A DNA stretch of 64,000 bases, taken from Vitrella brassicaformis CCMP3155 (taxonomy: Eukaryota > Protista > Chromerida). Of this stretch, positions 47,355-61,063 are shown in pieces. Made by a program: the position numbers and the translations under genes. The notes under the pieces were generated by a model that was not told the DNA's origin, made no database searches, and saw only the letters and a program-made list of their open reading frames with translations. The stretch lies in NCBI GenBank assembly GCA_001179505.1, contig CDMY01000401.1, positions 1-64,000 on the forward strand, written 5' to 3'. Each line of letters starts with the position of its first letter. Position 1 is the stretch's first letter.

Positions 47355-47826
47355 CAACCACTGGCAGTCACTCAATCAGTGTGAGTCAACGGAACCAGAG
47401 AGAGATGAGAGAGCCGTCGCTCACTCAGTCACTCACTGGGCCACGCCGCGACCAGCAGACGCGCGAATGCGCTCCTCATATGACCTGACTGACAGGAACA
47501 GCACAGGCAGGAACTGTGGGAGCCAAATGTCACGATGAGTGCTTCTGTGCTGTGCTTCACACAGGAAGTGTTTGTCACAATCATTTCCGAAACAGAACCC
47601 ACCCACCTGTGCGAGTCAGTCGAGTGACGTCCCTGTGCACCTCCGCGCCTCTTTGCCTCCCCATTCTGGTGCGAGCTTTTTCTCGCCGTGGAACTGATTA
47701 GACTACAGAAGCGACGAGGAAAGAGAAGAAGGATGAAGGAATAGCTTTGTTGTCGATAGTGCGTCTGTTTGGAGCCTCCCCCTCATTGTGAAAGGGTCCA
47801 GACTGTGACAGAGGCGCCCGTCGGTG

Positions 47827-49852
47827 ATGATGCCAGCTCACACGTACGCCTTCACCGTCCGCCACCACGCCGACCCCAATCTCAAGATGGAGGTCAGGGA
47901 GGAGTGCGTCAGGCGATACGAGTACTTCCAGCCGCTCCTTCGCGGCGACTTCAACGAGGCCCGCTCTCGAGAGGTAGGTGCGTCAGTCAGCACGCAAAGG
48001 AGAGGGAGGAGCTAGCCGCACACAGACAGACGCGCAGGCAGGCGATGTGTTGGCGTATGTCAGATTGGGTTTGAGGAGGAGCAGATCCCGTTGTCGATAA
48101 TGGACATTGTGTTCCAGGACCCCATGGACCTCATATCGCAGCTCACACAAGACAACTTCATCAAAACACTCAAGGCACTCGGTCAGACAGACAGACAGAC
48201 AGACAGACAGACGGCCATCAGACGCCGGCCGCAAAGGCACTAGAGAAGGTCCTTGTGACGCTCTGCTCTGTGTGTGTGTGCGCGTGTGTGGGTGTGGGTG
48301 TGTTGATGGTGCAGATTTCTTGTGCCTCCGGTGTGACCGGTCGTGGAGTCAGATAGCCGAGCGATGCGCCAACTTCGTCTCAGAGGTGCGGCCCCTCACC
48401 CACCACAGAACACAGCACTACAGAACACAACACAACACGGCACCCTGCACACAATGGCATTGATTGCCTCTGTTGTGTGGTGCAGGAGTCGAACTGTCGC
48501 GAGTACCTGTACCTGTGTCTGGAGGCGCCTGCGGTGCTGGCGTGCGTCAACTACTCCAAGTTCCGCACGTCGGTGGCCAAGGCCTGCGTCGAATGCCCCG
48601 AGGCGCTGGGGCTGCTCATGCGCAAGGACAGGGAGAGACCGTACGTACTCAAGATCGTCCACAAGATGTGCGAGCTCATCGAGAGAGGGTGGAAGGGATT
48701 CGACACGGTCACTGGTACCAACGCGCAGCCGACACACACACGGAGAGAGGGGGAGAGAGGGAGGGAGGGAGGGAGGGCTGGTGTGTATGGTGTGGTGTGG
48801 TGTGTTGGATGTTTGTGTGCAGGTGAGAGGTTCTTCTGCGCGTTGTTCAGCAACCCGTCGTCTCAGTCGGGTGCGGCGGCCCAGAGTCTCGTCGGCGCAC
48901 TCACGGCCATCTGGCGGCAATCACAATACCACCTACCCAACGTGAGACAGATGCACACACACACACACACACACACATGGAGACGCACATCAACCACACG
49001 TATGTGTGTGAATGTGTTTGTGTGTGTGGTGTGGGTGTAGACCCATATCTTCAACCCCAACCCGTTCGAGACGAAAGGCGCTGAGATCCCCAACTCGTTC
49101 GTCCCCGGCCTCAAGCTCAAGTTCTTCGCATCAGCCGAATCAGGTATGCTCACACGCCCACCACACCACACCACACCACGCCACACCACACGTGTGTGTC
49201 GGCTGTTCACCCACCCTTGTGTGTCTGTGTGTGTGTGGTGGGATGCGTGTGTGATTTGTTTGTTGTGGTGTGCAGGCAAGGCGGCCGAGACGGGTTTCAA
49301 GTTCAAGGAGTACGAGGCCGAGTACAAGGGCTTCGACCGCTGCAACCTGCCCGCACTCAAGGACGTCAAGGTCTTCGGCTTCCACATGACGCAGGCGCCC
49401 AACGACACCACACTCAGGTGTATCTGTGCCAACGCATCGCTCAGATACGACACTGCCGAGGTATGTCTGTCTGTATGTCTGTCACACCACACAAGGGGGC
49501 AGAGGGTCGGGGGAAGGGGGAGAGGATGATGCGAGCCTTTGTGTGTGTGTGTGTGTGTGGTTGGTGTCGGTGTTGTGCAGGCCAAGGACGTTCAGCTGGT
49601 GGATTGCCGGACCAAGTACGAGGACATCTCGCTGGGCTTCAGCCCGCGGACCTCTCAGTTCTACTTCTACGCGTCGGTGGGCAGCCGGATGCAGGGGCCC
49701 GAGTGCGAGAAGATCAAGCTGGCCGACATGAAGATCAAGCTCGAGATCAACCTCTTCCCACTAAGAACACTCTCACTCTACCTCATTCGACGAGTGAGCG
49801 TGTGGGCCCCACCGACACACACACAGGGAGGCGGCCTGTGAGCGCTTGTGCG

Positions 49853-49884
<32 letters not shown>

Positions 49885-50497
49885 GCAGGTAGTGGGCGGT
49901 TCGGCGCACGACTCGCACATCCTACAGGCGTTTTCTGCGGCGCTGTCACCGACCCAGCTGGCGGTCCACGCCCACGGCATTTTCGACTACTTGGTGAGCC
50001 AGGGGGAGCGCTGCCGCTCCCCACTGATTCTCATGAACAGCTGGTTCTCACAGTGCCACGAGCAGGTACGCATCGCATCGCACCAGATCAGCCATCAGCC
50101 AACACGCGCACACACACACATGGACGGCGTGTGGCGGTGTGTGTGCAGGTGAGTGCGTGGCACGCGAGCCGTTTGATTGAGAGTATGTACGACACCAACA
50201 ACGGCAAGGATGTCGTGTGGCGCAATGCCGACGACACCATACGCTTCCTGCGAGACTCCAAACGATGGTAAATGCGCCACCCACCCCACACCCCACCCTC
50301 CGCCGTGACCATCGCACTCAACTCGATGCATCAGGTTGCCATCCGAGCAGTTCAAGGAGATCACCACCAAGTTCTACCGTGACGTCGACGGCAACAGCGA
50401 GAGGGTGCGCAGCTCGCTCATTGCGGGAATCAAGCGGTTCGTGGCCGAGGAGGAGCCGGCGGTGCGCAACGTCAGGCCGCGGTATAGCTGGAGCTAG
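47827..50497 (+). CDS. BTB/POZ-domain protein (BTB plus BACK-like helices plus beta-rich domain)
   Basis: YEYFQPLLRGDFNEARSREIGF matches the BTB 'YF..ll.g.f.E....I.l' pattern, followed by FIKTLKALDFLCL and CANFVSEESNCREYL. Multi-exon ORF ends RYSWS* at 50497. Confidence 0.75.
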
Positions 50498-51403
50498 CTG
50501 CAGCCGATGCGATGCGTGCGGCCGTTCGTTCGTTCGTTCGTTCGTGGGTGGGTGTGTACAATCATCCTACGCTTGATGGGATGGTGGACGTGTGTGTGTG
50601 GCGTGGGTGCGGTGCAACGAGATTCGTCCCATGCTCATCCATCCATCCATTCATTCTGTTTTGTCGGCGTGCGGCCGACAGACAGACAGACCGACCGGTA
50701 GATGGTTAACCTTGCCCTGCCTGAGCGTGCCTTACCTTTCTCCCAACTCTCTTTGTTGAGTGTGAGTGGCTGCGTGTGAGGGGTGGGTGGGGGATGGTGG
50801 AGGTGTGTTGCGCCTTGGCCACAGGCAGGGGTGCTGACCTACCTGCCTTTCCAATCCTCCCTCTCAGACCAGACACACCTGTGTGTGGGGATCCAATCGT
50901 CGATCTTGTGTGGTGGGGTGCGTGTGTTTATGAACTCCGCCTGACACGTGCCCCGTCGCCTGTGAGAGTGCGGGCGGCGGCCGACGTGCCTGGCGGAGGG
51001 GCTGAACACCGCACCGCACCACACCAGACAGGCGGTTGGTTATTATGTATACCAGTTTTGCCGCCTGCCTGACTTGATGGCCGGCCGGTCAGTCTGGGTG
51101 TGTACCGGACTCTGCGTGCCGGACAACCTTCCCTCGATTGTATGAATGCGTGTGTTGTGAGAAATTGACAAATAGAAGACGCCTTACAGGTGTGGCCAGT
51201 GTTCGCGACGCCGGCCCCAATTCTTTGTCCCCATTGCAACCGCGATCGCCAAAAAAGTGTCCCTTCTCTCCCTTTCTCCGCATGCCAGACATCCGCATTG
51301 CCATTGGATGGGAATTTCCCTCCTCCCCTTCAGCCCCGTCACCCCCCCACTCTCGATGCTGCGGCCCCCACCACTCCACACCACGGGGCAGCGCGTATTC
51401 AAC

Positions 51404-53619
51404 ATGATGGACGGCTCCGACGAGGCCGAGCAACGTCGCCTCCGACGAGCTGTTTCCCCCCCACCAGCTACCTTTTGCCGCGTGTGGGGCCTGGAAGCGA
51501 CGGAGAAGCAGCCACTCGGGAAAAGAGTATTCCCTCAGGGTCCGGGCAAGACCCTCTCCGGCCTTCTCCTGGACCCCCACCCGACAAGAGCGCCTCCGCT
51601 GCCCGACCGCTCGCCGCGAGAGGTCGGGAAGACCAGCCGAGTAAGGCCGACAGATTGACGGGCGAGAGAGAAAGGGATGCACAAGTCGGTCGGTCAAATG
51701 ATGAGCACTCTCGTTGCATGCCATGGCTGTGTTTGGGTGAGCTGCAGGTGAAAGACAGGCCGTACGCCAGCTCTCGGACGGACATCACCCTGAGCCGCGA
51801 CGCCCCGACGACGAGCACCGGCCACGGCAAAAACGCCTCCGGCAAACGTCTGTGGTCGAGAAAAGCCGATTTCGGCACTCGCTACATGATGGACAACTCC
51901 AAGAACCGTCCCAAGCCCAAATATACCAAGGTCCGCGAGACAGATCGGCTCACGAGATGCCAGTAATGATTGCAGGGAGGGCGTGGCGTCTGTGTGTGTG
52001 GGTGTCTGCTGGTTACTTGACTGCAGCATAAGGCCAACAAGAACAAGACAACCAACCTCAAGATGGGGACGCTCATACCGGTGCGTCTGACAGTGAGATG
52101 TGGAGACAGACAATCCATCCATGTATGTTTCTCTGTAAGCAAGCTGTGCATGCATTGCGATGCGTGGTTGGTGCAGGAGAAGAAACAGGACAACTGGGAG
52201 GAAACCATACGCCAAGAGAAGTTTGACAAGGTAGGTGGGCCGAAGAGAAACGTTCATCGGTGGGCCGTCTACGAGTCTGTCATGTCCTGCCTGCAGAAAC
52301 GGGATCTGCCTGCAAGCCGCCAGCATGTGCCCTACATCTTGCAAGGGGCAGCAGACTCCTCGGCATCGGCCAAGAAACCCGATCAGCAACCGAGGTCCGC
52401 CGGCACACACACACATAATGAGAGTAGCCTCCCACTGCCTCACCGGCACTCTCATCTGTGCGTGCAGCAGCAGCGGTCGCCAGCAGCAGCGACGCGGCGC
52501 CATCATGCTGGCCAAGGAGCCCGACATCCCAAAGGCCAGCCGTTTGTCGTGGAATGCCGTTGGCGGCCCGGCTGCCGCAGCTATGGAGACACAGACAATG
52601 CCCGAAATCAAGATTCCGGTGGAGGTTGAGGCCACCACGAGGCCCATTCGCCGGCCGGTGGATGAGAAGTGGGCTGGAGAGGGCAGGGCCACGACCAAAG
52701 CCGGCAGGGTCTGGCCACCACCTATGGTATGCGACAGATAAAGAGACACAGGGAGGGAGGGAGGGAGGGAGAGGGGAAGAGACATGTGTCTGTCTGTCTG
52801 GTGTCTTTCTGTCAGGTGAGTCCTCCTTCGCATGGCCCGGGGTTCCCCTGGGATGGGCCGAATGCAAAGCCTTACGTAGGGCGACACAGACAGACCAACA
52901 GCCTCGACTCAACTCATCCATTGGGCCTGGCTGGCTCTCTGGCTTGTTGATGTGTGTGTGTGTGTGTGTGCGTGTCAGGGTTGGCCTGATTCGAAGCGTG
53001 CTTTTCAGATGAACGCCGTGTACCCCGCCTCCCTTGCTCGTAAGGAGACAGCAGACAGACAGACAGAGGAACTGACACCTCACTCTGACTGCTGTTCCTT
53101 TGGTGTGTTGGTGTTTGTGTGTGCTTCCGTCTCTAGCAACGGTCCAAGTGGCCAAACATGTGAGAAGGAAAGCCTCACCAGATCGACACACCCTTCCAGG
53201 AAGGCCTCTTCCCGTGCCTCTCCTCGTCTGTCTGTCTGTCTCACTGGCTGCAGGTGCCTGTTGGTTCGCTCACCCTTTTCGGCTCAAAGCCCCCTCACCC
53301 TGCTAAAGTGGTAACCATGACACAAATGGACATACCCACACCATGTCTCACCCCAACACACACACACACACACTTACATGGCGTGCAGCCGTTCATGAGC
53401 GATGAGGCCAACTACGCCAGCTACCTCACCACCAGCTCCCTGGCGGCCTCGGCCTCACGTGACGTCCGCAAAACGGCCGGCCTCCCCTCGTGTGCAGTGG
53501 TGAAACCCGTGGCGGGCCCGTCTCTCGGCCGCACACACGTCATTCGCCGCTCGCACGGCGTCGACATGGCCGGGGGCACGCTGCAGCATGACATCTTCTC
53601 GCACATGGTCGCTCGCTGA
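51404..53619 (+). CDS. Hypothetical basic, disordered protein, multi-exon
   Basis: Coding-like exons flanked by GT-AG sites (MMDGSDEAEQ...; VKDRPYASS...; EKKQDNWEET...; PFMSDEANY...HMVAR*). No domain recognised. Confidence 0.5.
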
Positions 53620-53973
53620 CCCATCGATTCGCCAGGGGCAGAGGGCAAAAGGGAAAGGTTTGCTGGGCGGGGTAACTACCTACTGTGCTGGGCGTGACTG
53701 GCTGGTTTGTGGCTTGATGCATGTGTGTGTGTGTGAGCAATGGGGTGTGGGGAGTTGCTGTTGAGACGGTCGGCAGGTGGTCGCGAGGCTGGCTAAAGTC
53801 GCCACTCGTGTGTGTAACTAACTGGACTTTGGGACATACTGACTGACATGACATTTGTGTACGAGCACGAACTATCGTCAAGAATGAACTAAGTCCTCTC
53901 CTCGCACCGACAATCACATAACACGCAATAAAGGCCGGCTCATCGCCCACCCAACGACACACACACCGCGCCC

Positions 53974-56900
53974 CTAGATAAATCGGAACGTGTTCATTGT
54001 CTGCCTGAGCTCCGACTGCCGCCTCATGGCCAGCTGCCGCGTGTCGGCCAACACATGCGCCACCAGAGCGATGCGCGAGGCCTTGGCCGCCTGCACATCC
54101 GCTTGTGCATCCCCACCCCTCCCCCTCCCCCTCCCCTTGCCGAGGTACCTCTGAGCCTGCAGCGCCTCCAGCGCACCTTCCAACCCACCTGCACACACAC
54201 ACACACAACACGTGTATATGTATAAGCTTTCTTGCCTGTGCTGCTGACGACACGCACCTTTCTGAGAGGGTGGGAGGTTTCTCTCCAGGTCGACCTGGCT
54301 GGAGAGTGTGTCCAGGAGTGGGAGCACGTTGAATGAGGGCGTGGGGAAGTGGTGGTGGGGGTTGGTGTGTGGCACCGCCGCCAGGAGGGCGCGCTGGTGG
54401 TACTCGGAGTGGGGGTGGTCGGACTTGAGAATCAGGTTGAGGAAGCTCAGTGTGTCCAAGATGCTGTCCATTCCGTCCAGCACTGTCGCTGCACGAGAAG
54501 AGGATGCGCGTGTGTGTGTGTGTGCGTGTGTGTGGTTTCTGCATCATTGCTTACTGTCGCCCGCGAGGTTGGTCTTCATGACTTTGAGCATTCTGCCGCA
54601 ATTCAGGCTCTGCTGCTCAGCATCTGCACAAACGCATTGACAGAGCGACATCCACACACACACACACACGACATGGCCTCTCGATGGAGCACAACTATCA
54701 CCTGGCGGCTCCATGAGTGTGACCTCGTTCCACCAGTCCTCCCTAATGACTTTGGTGACGCCCGCAGCCACTTTGTCGAGCTTGGTCTTGGCCAGCAGCT
54801 CCAAATACAGCGACACACGGAACTCCCTGCCCACACACACAACCAACACAGAGAGAGATGGGAGCTGCGTCACATGATGTGTCTCAATCGAGTGTTCAAC
54901 AGACCACTTGAACAGCCTGGCGATGTCGGCAAACGTCTTGAAGATCGACGCCCGCTCACGCGCCCCCAGGTCGCCGCTCATCGGGAGGGATTCCAGCAGC
55001 TGACGGACGGACGGACAGACGGACAGATCAGGCGAGCACGTACACAATCGTGCTTGGTGTGTGTGCATCTACCTACCATTGCGAAGTAGCCCCGTGGGTC
55101 AAATGTCCACCGATGAAAGGTCACGAAGCTGCCGGGGTACTGCCGACTCGCCAGCCGGAAATAAGGCCACGCAGCGTGCAGCAGCACATGACCTGCACAC
55201 ACACACACACACCCAAAAACACTGTGGATGCTGTATTTCCCCCTCTGCATTCGCCACTCACCTTTCTCGGCGAGCATTTGCTGCAAGGCGGCTGCTGCTG
55301 CTGATGCGGGGTCGTCTTCGGCGTCTGTCGGGGGGATGCGCCACTGGCGTGTGAAGATGGCCGGCGGCCGGGGGCCTTTTTCTGCCTTTTTGAGCAGCAC
55401 GTAGGACGCCTTGAGGTGCAGGTTGACGAGCAGCTCGGTGGAATAACACAGAGGGAGCTGGTGCTGATATCCACACACACAGCAGGAGACAGACATCCAC
55501 TCGGCCTGTATGTCTGTCTGTATGTCAGTCTGTCTGGACGTGCAGCTACCTCCTGTATCTTGTGCACCAACATGACATAGGTGATGCAGGCGAACCCCAG
55601 TGGCGTCAACTCCATGTCGCCGCCCCCATCGCTACACGCGTCATGGATTGGCAGACCGCGCAGCTTCGACATGAAGTCAGGGTGCAGCCGAAAGATCCAC
55701 CGGACACACGCACGCAGCATCTCCACCACAGCTGGCGGCTCGTCCAGCTGACACGACTCACGGAGGAACCAGCCCTGCAGGACAGCAGGACAGAGAAGCG
55801 GCCTGTGTGGCGAGGCAAAGCATTGGCCATTGGCCTTTTCGCGTACCGTCGACCCGACTTGTGCAAGGGGGTTGGCCACCTCGCCCGTCGCAATGCGCAC
55901 AAAGTCGCTGTCCAGCTGCAGAAAATACCTCACACAGAGGAGCGAACATGCCTATGTGTGTGTTTGTGTGTGTGTGTCTCCCCTCAGCCAGACACCTACT
56001 CACTCACCAGCTGTATCCGGGCGTGTATGTTGCTGTCCTCATCCATACTCGACCCTCCCAACTCCCGGACCTCACCTGCAGACAGACAGGCAAACGGCAG
56101 AAGGAAGGAATGACACAGAAGAAGAGCGCTTTAGCTTCAGACCGACACCAATGATATGACTGACCATGTGTGACCTCCTCTCACCGTGCTGCATGTCCAC
56201 CAGAAACGTCACTGGGGCAGACCGCTGCCCGCGGTGGATATCAAAGCGGTACCGATACCCCGACACAGAGCCCGCACTCGCACCACTGGCGGCACCATTC
56301 ATCCCTCCTCGCTGCCGCAGGCGGCGGGCAAGCTGACACAGGAGGGGCCACGCCTTCAGCTGCTGGGCTCCTGCAGAGCCTTCGAGGTGGCCGTTGACGG
56401 GGTGCTGGTCGCCAGCATCGTCAGGTGTGAACATGGCTCGGTTGAAGAGGGCGGCCGCCGCAAGATGCCCCTCGACGCGGAAGTGGAGCTGTGGGAAAGG
56501 CAGACAACACGAGAGACGTGAGACCGCTGTTTGTGTATGTGTGTGTGTTGGCCGTGCGCACCGCACCGCAGGCGACTCTTTCGACGTTGCTTCGGCCGAC
56601 CGCCTGACGCGCAATGACGGCACCACTCTCTCCATCAACTGAACAAGTCAGTGACGGCAGACGGACAGTCAAGTCAACACACACATGGACGGAAGGACGA
56701 CACTCAAACACTCGCACACACACTTGCCTTGCAAATGAAGGTGGCAATGGATATCGGCCCCACTCGGTGGGCGTCTTCCTCCTGCGGCTCGCCAGCCACC
56801 TCACCCAGCCGCTCCACCACACCTGTCAGCACCTCACACAGCCTTTCTTTCGTCGGTGCCGTCACATCCACAAGACCCGCAGACCACGGCATCTCCACCA

Positions 56901-57435
56901 GGGCCCACAGCACCCCCGGCAGCCCGCCAGCCACAAAGTGAGCGCGTTTCCGACTGATGCGCCCGAGCACCTCCACCAGATGCCTCGCGCACACCAGCTT
57001 CGCCTCGCTGCACACATCGCGCGCTCGCATGGCGTCCATGAGCGCCATGTACATCTCTTTCGGCTTGCAGAGGTCGCAGCATCGGCTGGTGAAGGCTCCC
57101 AGCGGCTGCAGCTGGTCGTCCAGCGCCTGTTTGGTCAGCTGCTGTGGGGAGAGGGGTGCAGTGGCGTGACAGATGGCCGCGTACACGTCGCTCACAAGGC
57201 CTTGCAATGGCTTGCTGTCGGCAAGCCGCTCGGAGAGGTAGGCCATGAGTCGAAGGGCCCGTGCCGCCTTGTGCTGTTCATCTGGTGCTTCGTCGAGCCA
57301 CACCTTGATGAGCTGGTAGGCCAGTTCGGTGTCCTTGTCGTCGCTCAGGGTCAGCAGGGCGGCCGGCAGGTGGTCTGTCGAGGACGGATCTGCCGAGGCA
57401 TCTTCCTGATCTGACGCAGCTAAGGCGGCTGACAT
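53974..57435 (-). CDS. Glomulin / ALF4 / Ybp1-family helical-repeat protein
   Basis: CKPKEMYMALMDAM resembles the family (C/G)xP(K/R)(E/D)hh motif. VLGRISRKRAHFV follows. C-terminal DSILDTLSFLNLILK resembles the DxhhxxLNhhRhhh motif of glomulin/ALF4. Confidence 0.6.
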
Positions 57436-57624
57436 GGCCTCAATGCTATGAGATGGAAAGATCTAGGCACCGCCCCTTCATCCTCTCTCTTGTAGAAGCT
57501 CGCGAAGAAGCTCGCGATCGGAAAAATCTGCTCTGAATCTCCTCTGCAGCATCCTCAATCTGCATTCTTCCATCGTGCGTATGCTCCAGCGAGGCCGCCT
57601 CGGCTTTAACTTGCGAGAATCAAC

Positions 57625-59786
57625 ATGTCCGAACTCTGGATGGCTTTCCTGTCTCTGGGCGTGTCGGCCTTGTTCGGTAAGCGCAGAAACGCACACATGA
57701 AGCTTGGCTGAGTGACCACAGCAGCGCAGCGCACCAAAAGATTGGCGAAATTTGATGGCTGCGCTGTGTGTGTGTGTGTGTGTGTGTGTGTGACGCAGCC
57801 GGGTTCTCGAAAGGACTTGTTGGCATCGGCGAGGGCGTCATGTTCCATGCCATGTAGGAGCTGCTGAATATGGACAATCTCACGCGCACACTCGCTGGCT
57901 GCTTTCATTCATGATGCCTGTTATGGATTGACTTCCCATTCTCTTCCTTCTCCTTACACACAGCTTCGCCACGATCACCCTGTTCTGGCCTCAAATGGGG
58001 ACCTCAAGCACCATACAGGTGAACCGTCGGACGACAGAAAGAGCCTCCTCACTCTCTCTTCCTCCCACTGTGTGAGTCGTGTGTGTGGTGCTCTGCGGTC
58101 GATTCATTCATTCAGTTGCGTGTGGGTGCCCTGGGTTTCAGCACCTGGTTCAGCAACACGATGGTGGTAGGCTTCGAGTGGCAGGCCTGCCGGCGGTACT
58201 GGAAGGCGGGCCTCGTCTTCGGCATCGGCTGCATAACCAACATCCTCGGCGCCTGGCTCCTCACCTCACTCCCCACAGACCTCATCTCTACCGCACTCGG
58301 ATGGCTCTTTGTCATGTTCGCTCTGTGGTGCGCCACCCAGGACGTCAAACGACACCTTAGGCGCGACACCGGGTTGGGCGAGAATGAGGCCACCAACAGG
58401 GAGGGCAAGGGATCGGGAGAGGGCGAGGGAGAGGGAGAGGGAGACGAAGCGGCCAGCACTGTTCCGCCCGCTGTGTATGGCAACAAGGAAGACAGCAGTG
58501 GAGAGCCGTCCGGGTCAGCCGGGAGGGACGGGCAGCATCAGCAGGAGCAGCGGCAGTCGAGCAATGGTGGCGGTGAGGCGCCAATCACCCTGTCGCGATG
58601 CTTACTCCTGGAGGTCTTCGGAGCAGGTCAGTGAGCCCTGGCCACCCAGCCAGCCACCCACCCAATCATGCACTCCTGTCCACACGGGTCCATCTGATAT
58701 GCATGTGCTGTGTGCTGCATCCCTCACATAGGTGCTGTGACGGGCATCTGTCTGGGCAGCGTCGGTGTGGGTGCCCCCGCCCTGGTCTACTTCACCCTTC
58801 GCCGCTGGCCCAAGTCCTTCATGCGTGCCGTCTTCTGCATGGCGTGCAGCATGGAACTGCTCGTCAGAAACGCTACATACGCCGTCATCGGCATGCACCA
58901 GCTCGACTACTGGCCGCAGTATCTGGTGGTCCTCGGGGCACTCCTATCGGCCGTCTTCATTGGGGGCGCACTCACACACGTCGTCAACACAGAAATGTGT
59001 GTAGCCAAGGAAGGGGCGCGGAAAGACTTCGTGAGTGACGGTTGCGTGTGTCTGTGTGTCAGGTGCAATCGGTTTCTGAATGCGATCCTGTGGCTGTCGT
59101 CTCTCCAGCTGCTCGGCCTTTACGAAGGCGACACGCACAGGTATGCAATCACACATCCAACAATGAGCAGTGAGAGGAGTCCATACAGCCCTCTGCGCCC
59201 GTGTGTGTGTGTGTGTGTGTGTATGTCAACCACCAGCCTGGCAGCTCTAGTCGGCACGGCCGTGTGGTGCATGGGTGTGGGCCTGTGGGTGCTGTCGATG
59301 AAGACCTCACTCTGCCACTTCATCGTCCGCAGCAGCAAGCCGTCGTCGTCGAGCATTCACGACACCCTCGACGAGTCAGACGGCATCTCCACCGGCCCAG
59401 AGCCGGCGCTCTTCTCCCCTCTGCACACGCCCCGCCACACCGCTGTGCCGCCGCCATCGGCGTCACAGCAGCACCCGGCAGATGTGCGGCTGGACATCGG
59501 CACCAACAGCAACCCCGAAAAGACCAACGACATGACATTGCTGCTGAGGCGCGCTCGCAGAGTGCAGCCGGCACCGCTGACCCCGTCTCTGCGGCCGTAT
59601 TTGCCGAGTACTGGTGGTGTGAACAGCAGTAACAAAACTGTTCAGGGGTCCTTGGTTCGTCTGCGCAGCCCTTCTGATGAAGGTGAGGACGACGCGCAGC
59701 ACCGGGGGGAGTGGGTTGGGGAGGGGTCGGGGCTCGGCATTGCAGACAAGACGGAGATGCTCGAGCGCATCGACAGCCCAAGGTGA
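57625..59786 (+). CDS. Sulfite exporter TauE/SafE (DUF81) family membrane protein
   Basis: MSELWMAFLSLGVSALF|AGFSKGLVGIGEG; GAWLLTSLP...LGWLFVMFALW; GAVTGICLGSVGVGAPALVYF...FMRA. Hydrophilic central insert and C-terminal tail. Confidence 0.8.
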
Positions 59787-60462
59787 CGCGCGTGAAGGGA
59801 GGGAAGCCTCAAGTATGTGTTGTGTATGTGCCATCCTCTGTGTGTGGATGCAGCCGCGAGTCGACGTCACATGACAGCCATGCGAGCGAAGAGGGGGCGC
59901 CGGGGGAGGCCGCCACGGCCTGATCGACCGGAGAGAGAACCTGGGGCTTTTTTCTGTCACTTTTTGTGTGTGCTTTGTTGTGCTGTCCGCAAACTTGTTG
60001 GTCTTTTGTAAAAAGGGAAGGGGGGCCGGGCCTGGTGTCCTGTCCTGTCGACGATTGGTTGATTTGATGATCGAGCTCACGCCACGCACTCGTTGGTGTC
60101 TTGTAAAATGGGGATGGGGGCGAAAGGAAAGGCAGGGACGGAGCGGGGGGTGGGAAGACACAGTGTGGGCACACACTGTATCTATGCCCTGTACGTTTGT
60201 ATGTGTATACGTGACGGTCTTTTGATAAACATCGGCTGTGTTAACGCTGACGCCCACCTTCGTGTTGAGTTGGTCGCATGTGAGCACTCCGAGACAGTCT
60301 AAACGGTTCCGCTCGACTGTTGTAGGCAGCCAGCTTGTGTGTTGTGTGGACCCTTCGTGGACGGACATGCAGTGGGTGGCGTGCCTCAGTCATCGGAGGC
60401 GTTTTTGGTCAAGCAATCTGTCTACTGCGCGCAGCTTGGGTGGGCGTCTTAGCTGTAGGGCC

Positions 60463-60494
<32 letters not shown>

Positions 60495-61063
60495 GGTGCA
60501 CACGTGGTCGCTTGCCTACTGGCAGCGGAGAGAGGGGGAGAGAGAGAGAGAGAGAGAGGGAGAGCTTACCATTTTGTGTGAGAGAGTCAGTGGAGTCAGT
60601 GACCGGTAGCTAGCTGCGCAGCTAGTCGGCGCACTACCGACCTACCTGCCGGCCAGCCCCTGTTCTGTAATTCCTGCAGTCGTGCATGCGTGACTCGTTT
60701 TCCCTGACCTGACCGTGATCGATGCGACGGTCACCAATTAATCAGCCAGCCAGCACCATTTTATGTATGTGTGTAATGCGTACCTGCAGTGTAGTGTACT
60801 GTAGTAGCCACAAACAAGCTTGGCAGGTAGGGTGTGTGTTGCGACATTGAATTTTTCACTACTTGAATGGATCAGATCGATTCAACAGGTGACTGTGCGT
60901 CCCGCGCATGGCCTGTCCGCTGCTCTCATAACGATGTATGATGCGATGGATGAGATTGGCACAGAATCTCTAACACCTAAGGACAGCTGGACCGAACCAA
61001 CGGACGAACACGGCCCGGAAGGGCAACACACACATGAAATGCACGTTGACCTGACGAGAGTGC

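Noticed and set aside
33792-57435. A functional ubiquitin-ligase gene cluster (F-box, BTB, glomulin-like, CUE)
   Set aside because: The genes are interspersed with unrelated ones over more than 20 kb and belong to large families. There is no evidence of co-regulation.
60190-60575. Possible small minus-strand gene beginning MLRRPP (CDC26-like start)
   Set aside because: All frames of the putative second exon contain stops, and the similarity is only about 5 residues.
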